NCBI GenBank assembly: GCA_030606485.1
Contig: JAUWGH010000004.1
Span: forward strand, 120,001-152,000
Length of the DNA: 32,000 bases
Direction: 5' to 3'
From: Promethearchaeota archaeon
GTDB lineage: Archaea > Asgardarchaeota > Lokiarchaeia > Sigyniarchaeales > SOKP01
The stretch's first letter is position 1. The number at the start of each line of letters is the position of its first letter. A program made the position numbers and the translations under genes. This document shows positions 27,756 through 32,000 of the stretch, piece by piece. Below the pieces are notes generated by a model, which searched no databases, was not told the DNA's origin, and saw only the letters and a list, made by a program, of their open reading frames with translations.

Positions 27756-28103
27756 TTAGAAATGTTTAATCTTAAAATCTCTTTTTTTCGAACTTTGGGT
27801 TAATTGCTCTAACAATTTTTTAAATTGTTCATCAGATAATGGTATTTGACCTCTAAGTCTTCCTGTTTGAAAAAGTTGAATTAATTGTAACTCAATCATT
27901 TGAGCAAATTCTGGTTTTACTAATTTAATATTTTCTAAGCGTTGTCTTCCTTCTTGTGAAAGAATTTGTCGCATTATATTATATTTTTTTAGTTCGAGTT
28001 CTTTTTGTTGATATTTTGCAAGTTCTTCTTGTGCAGCTTGTTGTTGAATCTGTGTTAATTTTTCTCGTTTAATTCTTTCCAGTTCTTCATCTTCATTACT
28101 CAT
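27756..28103 (-). CDS. PDCD5-like DNA-binding protein
   Basis: DEELERIKREKL...IMRQILSQEGRQRLENIKLVKPEFAQMIELQLIQL...LSDEQFKKLL. Confidence 0.95.
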   Translation of the reverse strand: MSNEDEELERIKREKLTQIQQQAAQEELAKYQQKELELKKYNIMRQILSQEGRQRLENIKLVKPEFAQMIELQLIQLFQTGRLRGQIPLSDEQFKKLLEQLTQSSKKRDFKIKHF

Positions 28104-28163
28104 TAATTATTACACCCTTTAATTCTAAGTTTATAGACCCTGCAAAAAAATGTGTTCGGGTTG

Positions 28164-28586
28164 CTACTTTTCTCGTAGGAGCCAATGGGCAGTTCGTTCT
28201 AGAAGCGATATACCTTCGGGAGACACTTTTCTCCCACCTTTTTCTGTTTTCTCAAGTAATTTTGCATTCTCTAATTGCTGGATTGCTACTCTAATTATTT
28301 TACCACTACCCTTTGCACTATGTGCAGGTTTTGAACCCCTTCGATTTTTTCCACTATACTTTTTTCTCATTCGATTTACGCCGATTGGACCAAACTTCCA
28401 GATCTTTCGCAAGACGGATGCAGATCTAACATACCAAAAATTTTCTTGGTCTAAAGGTGCAATTTCTTTATAGAAAGCGGTCTTCCAGAATTCACTACCT
28501 TCTGGGGGTTTTATTTCTGAGTATTCCTTTAATTTTTCGGATACGGCTTGTATCAATTTTATTGGTTCTACACTATAAATCGACAT
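28164..28586 (-). CDS. rps19e: 30S ribosomal protein S19e
   Basis: FWKTAFYKEIAP...NFWYVRSASVLRK...PIGVNRMRKKY...GSGKIIRVAIQQLE. Confidence 0.97.
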   Translation of the reverse strand: MSIYSVEPIKLIQAVSEKLKEYSEIKPPEGSEFWKTAFYKEIAPLDQENFWYVRSASVLRKIWKFGPIGVNRMRKKYSGKNRRGSKPAHSAKGSGKIIRVAIQQLENAKLLEKTEKGGRKVSPEGISLLERTAHWLLREK

Positions 28587-28700
28587 AACTTCTATATTGC
28601 TAGAGCAAAACTTGATATTTTATGAATATTTTAATTTATTTATTATTTGTAAAAACATACAGAAATTAAAAAATTTTCGGAAATTTTATAATTTAAGATA

Positions 28701-28997
28701 ATGAATCTGAGAAATAAGTATTTTGATGTATTACATAGCAAAGCGCTAGTTAATATTGGAAAATCAGGGTTAAATTCTGAAGGGTTGATTAATCATATAT
28801 CTAAAATGCTTAAAAAAGAAAAGATATTAAAAATTCACGCCCTTAAATCAGCCTTGGTTTTAATAGAGATTAAAGATATAGCCGAGCTAGTCAAAAACAA
28901 AACCAACTCTTTTTTACTTGACGTACGAGGACACACCTTCATCATTTCAAAATCTGATATTAAAAAAAAAATATATTCTCCTAAAAATTCAATATGA
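28701..28997 (+). CDS. yhbY: YhbY/CRM-domain RNA-binding protein
   Basis: ALVNIGKSGL...ISKMLKKEKILKIHALKS...LDVRGHTFIIS. Confidence 0.85.
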   Translation: MNLRNKYFDVLHSKALVNIGKSGLNSEGLINHISKMLKKEKILKIHALKSALVLIEIKDIAELVKNKTNSFLLDVRGHTFIISKSDIKKKIYSPKNSI

Positions 28998-29353
28998 AAA
29001 AAAATAAACAAATTATTAAAAAAATCGCATTATCTCGGATAAGATTTTTATTTGAAAGAGCAGATGAAATATTTCCGCAAGATCAAGATCTTGCAAATAG
29101 ATATATAGATCTCTGCCAAGCTTATAGTCGGCGTGCAAATTTAAAAATACCTAAGGAATTAAAAAGACGAATTTGCCATTCTTGTAAGAGATTTCTTGTT
29201 CCAGGAGTGAATTGTCGTTATCGAATGCAATCACGTCGGGGAAAAGGTTCTCATGTGACCTTAACCTGTTTTATTTGTAATAATAAAACTCGTTATTATA
29301 TTAAAAAGAAAAATCCAAAAATAAGAAAAGAAAAAAAAGAAAATTCTCCATAA
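28994..29353 (+). CDS. rnp4: RNase P protein component 4 (Rpp21)
   Basis: IALSRIRFLF...ANRYIDL, Zn ribbon RRICHSCKRFLVPGVNCRYR...LTCFICNNKTRY. Confidence 0.95.
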   Translation: MKKNKQIIKKIALSRIRFLFERADEIFPQDQDLANRYIDLCQAYSRRANLKIPKELKRRICHSCKRFLVPGVNCRYRMQSRRGKGSHVTLTCFICNNKTRYYIKKKNPKIRKEKKENSP

Positions 29354-29375
29354 AGAGCTGAGAAATCTTACGCCA

Positions 29376-30047
29376 TTGATTATAATTCTTGCAGAAACTG
29401 GACTTGAATTAATACCTGATGAATTAAAACCAGAAAAAATCACTAAAAAAAATTATGATCCTAATTATTATCCCTCTATGATCCTTGATAATGCAATATA
29501 TCATCCAATTATGAATAAACTTCCCAATGCTGGAAAAAGGGGGAGACCTGATATCGTCCATCAATTCCTACTTAATTCCTTAGGCTCTCCATTAAATAAA
29601 AAGGGGCTTTTACAACTCTATATTCATACTATAAATAATAAAATTTTTAAAATTAATCCACGGCTACGGATTCTACGTAATTATGAGAGATTTAAAGGTC
29701 TTATAGCAAAATTATTAATTGAGCGAAATATCAAATCCGAAAGAGAAACTTTAATATCCGAATATTTTGGCTCGTTAAAAGATTTAATTATTGAAATAAA
29801 TCCTTATGAAAAATTTTTACTCTCAAGTAAAGGTAAATTAACCAAAAATCCAATTACCTTATTTTCTTCAGATTTAACTAAAAAAATATTAGTTCTTATT
29901 GGCGGTTTCCAAAAAGGAATGTTTAATGAAGATATTTTATCTTTATCTAACAACTTAATTTGCCTCTATAATGAAAGTCTAGATTCATGGATTATCGCAA
30001 GTAGAATAATTACATTCTATGAATTGGCTATTGAATTATATGAATAA
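29376..30047 (+). CDS. nep1: Nep1/Emg1 rRNA pseudouridine N1-methyltransferase (SPOUT)
   Basis: ILAETGLELIP, ILDNAIYH, RGRPDIVHQFLL, INPRLRILRNYERFKGL, IGGFQKG. Confidence 0.93.
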   Translation: MIIILAETGLELIPDELKPEKITKKNYDPNYYPSMILDNAIYHPIMNKLPNAGKRGRPDIVHQFLLNSLGSPLNKKGLLQLYIHTINNKIFKINPRLRILRNYERFKGLIAKLLIERNIKSERETLISEYFGSLKDLIIEINPYEKFLLSSKGKLTKNPITLFSSDLTKKILVLIGGFQKGMFNEDILSLSNNLICLYNESLDSWIIASRIITFYELAIELYE

Positions 30048-30109
30048 ATTTCCCAAAAATTAAAAAAAAATAGATAATTCTTAATAATATTATATTAAAA
30101 AATTAATGC

Positions 30110-30180
30110 GCGTTCGTTGTATAGAGGTAGTATTCAGGCCTTCCAAGCCTGTGGCCCGGGTTCGATTCCCGGCGGGCGCA
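30110..30180 (+). tRNA. tRNA-Gly (anticodon TCC)
   Basis: Acceptor GCGTTCG/CGGGCGC (two G-U pairs), anticodon arm CAGGC-CTTCCAA-GCCTG, T arm CCGGG-TTCGATT-CCCGG, discriminator A; CCA not encoded. Confidence 0.95.
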
Positions 30181-30313
30181 TTTTCTTCTTATATTATTAA
30201 ATCGTTTAGGGGACAAAACAATTATTACATAATTTTTTAAAATATTTTTAATTAATCAATAAAATATAATAAAAGAATAAATAAAAAAGAAAAATAAAAA
30301 AAGAAAAACATAA

Positions 30314-30416
30314 GCCAAGGTGGCGTAGCCCGGTAATGCTGGAGACTCCCAGTGTTGGGTATGAACGCACCAGACTGAAGATCTGGGTATCGCGAGTTCA
30401 AATCTCGTCCTTGGCA
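30314..30416 (+). tRNA. tRNA-Phe (anticodon GAA) with a D-loop intron
   Basis: Acceptor GCCAAGG/CCTTGGC, D stem GCGT/ACGC, anticodon arm CCAGA-CTGAAGA-TCTGG, T arm GCGAG-TTCAAAT-CTCGT; 29 extra nt in the D loop. Confidence 0.95.
30334..30362 (+). other. 29-nt tRNA intron at a non-canonical D-loop position (after the conserved GG)
   Basis: Central helix GCCC/GGGT, bulges GG^T and AT^G, 8-bp inner helix AATGCTGG/CCAGTGTT; excision gives the normal D loop AGCCCGGGA. Confidence 0.88.
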
Positions 30417-30493
30417 TTTAATCTAATTTATTCTTGTCCAAGTTTAAAATAAATACTTAGTATAAATTAAAACAAGTTATAAAAATTAAATAA

Positions 30494-31081
30494 TTAGAGA
30501 TCTACACCAAACTCCTTGAAGAGTTGTTGTATCTCTCGATCTGTAATGAAGCCTTTATGGTCAACGACTTCTTGGATTTTCTTTTGAACACCTTCATAAG
30601 TATGTCCGACCGACAGATCAGACATCAGAGTTTTAATTTTATGTCTGAGTTCATTAACTTCATTTGATTTTTCATCTATAATTTCCTTTAATTTTTGTAC
30701 TTCTCGATATCTTGATGATGCCTTTTCTTGCAATTCAGATGTATCTTCAGATTCTTTTTTTAATTGCTCTTCCATTTTAGAGATTTTTGCAATAGCATCA
30801 TTTAAATCTGATTTAGCTGATTGTATCTCAGATTTAAGTTCAGTTATTTTCTTATCTGAATCATCATTTTCTTCTTTAAGAGCATTCAAACTATTTTCAG
30901 TAGATGATAATTTTTCTTTGGTTTCATTTAAATCATTATTAGTTTTTTCTAAATTCATCTTAGCTGCAGAGAGTTGTTTTTCCAGATCATACGTTTTCTC
31001 TCGTAAATTTAATAACATATGACCTTCAATTTTATATTTTTTAGATGGACCCGATTCAATTTTAGGCCATTCAATACTCAT
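30494..31081 (-). CDS. Coiled-coil protein with conserved head and tail motifs (paralog 1)
   Basis: Heptad-rich middle; head PKIESGPSKKYKIEGHMLLNLREK; tail IQEVVDHKGFITDREIQQLFKEF. Confidence 0.8.
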   Translation of the reverse strand: MSIEWPKIESGPSKKYKIEGHMLLNLREKTYDLEKQLSAAKMNLEKTNNDLNETKEKLSSTENSLNALKEENDDSDKKITELKSEIQSAKSDLNDAIAKISKMEEQLKKESEDTSELQEKASSRYREVQKLKEIIDEKSNEVNELRHKIKTLMSDLSVGHTYEGVQKKIQEVVDHKGFITDREIQQLFKEFGVDL

Positions 31082-31202
31082 TTGTAATTTCCCATCTTAA
31101 TATTATTATCAATTTTTTTATAAACGTTATAAAAATATATTAAACGAATTTCTATAAAAGATTAATGAAAAAAATCAAAATAAGATTTTTAAAATTAAAT
31201 TA

Positions 31203-32000
31203 TTAAAGCGATACGTTAAACTCACGAATTAACTTTTCAATTTCCTTGTCTGTAATGAAACCTTTCGAATCAACCACTTCCTGTATTCTGATCTGAACTT
31301 TCTGAAGCGTTTCTCCTACTGATAATTCGGACATTAATGTTTTAATTTTATGGTTAAGTTCATTTACCTCATTTGATTTCTCTTCTAATTCAGATTTTAC
31401 TGCATCTAAATCTCTCTCTTTAGATAATACTTTTTGCCCCAAATCAGATGATTTACCAAAAGTCGATTGTAATTGTTTTTCTAATTCTAAAGTTTTTAAT
31501 TTTGAAGCTTCAAGTTGCTTTTCCAAATCAAAATTTTTATTTCTTGTGTCATGTAATACTGATTTTGTTGATTCTAAGGTAGATTCAAGTTCAGTTGATT
31601 TATTAGTTAAAGCTTGTTTCTCTCCTTTAAATACATTTAAATTTTGTTCAAGAGAATCAATCTTTTCAGACGCTTCATTCAATTGCTGTCCTGTGGAAGA
31701 AAATTTTTCTTGAGTTTCACTTAGACTCTTCTCAGTAGAATTCAACTTTTCGTTTGTTTCATTTAAAATACTTTCAGTACTAACCAATTTTTCATTAACT
31801 TCATTTAAACTCTTTTCAGTTTTAGATAATTTTGTTTCAGTCTCTAATAATTTCGATTTAGTTTCATTTAATTCATCACTTGTTTTTTCTAAACCCGCTT
31901 TAGAAGATGTTAGCTGATTTTCTAAACTAGTTATTTTTTTTCGGAGATCCAAAAGCAAACTCCCATCAACTTTTCTTTTCTTACTTGGATTTGCTTCAAT
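31203..32000 (-). CDS. Longer coiled-coil protein (paralog 2), 5'-partial at the window edge
   Basis: Frame is open to 32000 (IEANPSKKRKVDGSLLLDLRKK); tail IQEVVDSKGFITDKEIEKLIREF; internal 7/14-aa repeats such as LNETNEKLNSTEKS. Confidence 0.8.
   Translation of the reverse strand: MEANPSKKRKVDGSLLLDLRKKITSLENQLTSSKAGLEKTSDELNETKSKLLETETKLSKTEKSLNEVNEKLVSTESILNETNEKLNSTEKSLSETQEKFSSTGQQLNEASEKIDSLEQNLNVFKGEKQALTNKSTELESTLESTKSVLHDTRNKNFDLEKQLEASKLKTLELEKQLQSTFGKSSDLGQKVLSKERDLDAVKSELEEKSNEVNELNHKIKTLMSELSVGETLQKVQIRIQEVVDSKGFITDKEIEKLIREFNVSL

Noticed and set aside
1046-29443. Short track ORFs overlapping real genes (e.g. 1046-1228, 1191-1388, 2710-3075, 3705-4004, 4984-5202, 8215-8406, 12824-13327, 15039-15377, 17091-17585, 22618-22878, 23302-23661, 25489-25701, 28150-28473, 29261-29443)
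   Set aside because: Antisense or off-frame shadows of well-supported genes with no recognisable motifs.
31500-31900. Periodic DNA in the last gene as a non-coding tandem repeat
   Set aside because: Explained by 7/14-aa coiled-coil repeats in the protein; DNA copies are degenerate at third positions.

Overview
Low-GC archaeal chromosome segment, most likely from an Asgard archaeon (Lokiarchaeia-like). This is inferred from the longin-small GTPase fusion, Roadblock proteins, Get3-like ATPase and tandem-domain Lrp regulators; no mobile element or CRISPR array is recognisable. The left half mixes accessory genes (URO-D family, GNAT, ABC-2 exporter, membrane EEP protein, decayed sugar-type MFS, M28 peptidase) with core genes (gar1-tfb, archaeosine genes arcS and RaSEA, ahcY). 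The right half holds the conserved rps19e-PDCD5-rpl39e-rpl31e-eIF6-rpl18a-prefoldin-ftsY-secE operon, yhbY-rnp4-nep1, tRNA-Gly(TCC), tRNA-Phe(GAA) and two paralogous coiled-coil genes. Top finding: dnaG is split inside its conserved GAIFGQ|TEGLL motif by a 32-nt insert (22590-22621) carrying an in-frame stop. The insert folds as a bulge-helix-bulge (BHB) motif whose two predicted splicing-endonuclease cuts remove exactly these 32 nt and restore the frame, so it is a candidate tRNA-type intron in an mRNA. It can also form a mutually exclusive hairpin with exon 2, a possible splicing switch. The tRNA-Phe in the same window has a 29-nt D-loop intron with a similarly relaxed BHB. Other notable items are a single-cyclin-repeat mini-TFB next to tfb, and dnaG and eIF6 apparently needing ATT-type starts. 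All folds and alignments were done by hand and need computational and read-level confirmation.
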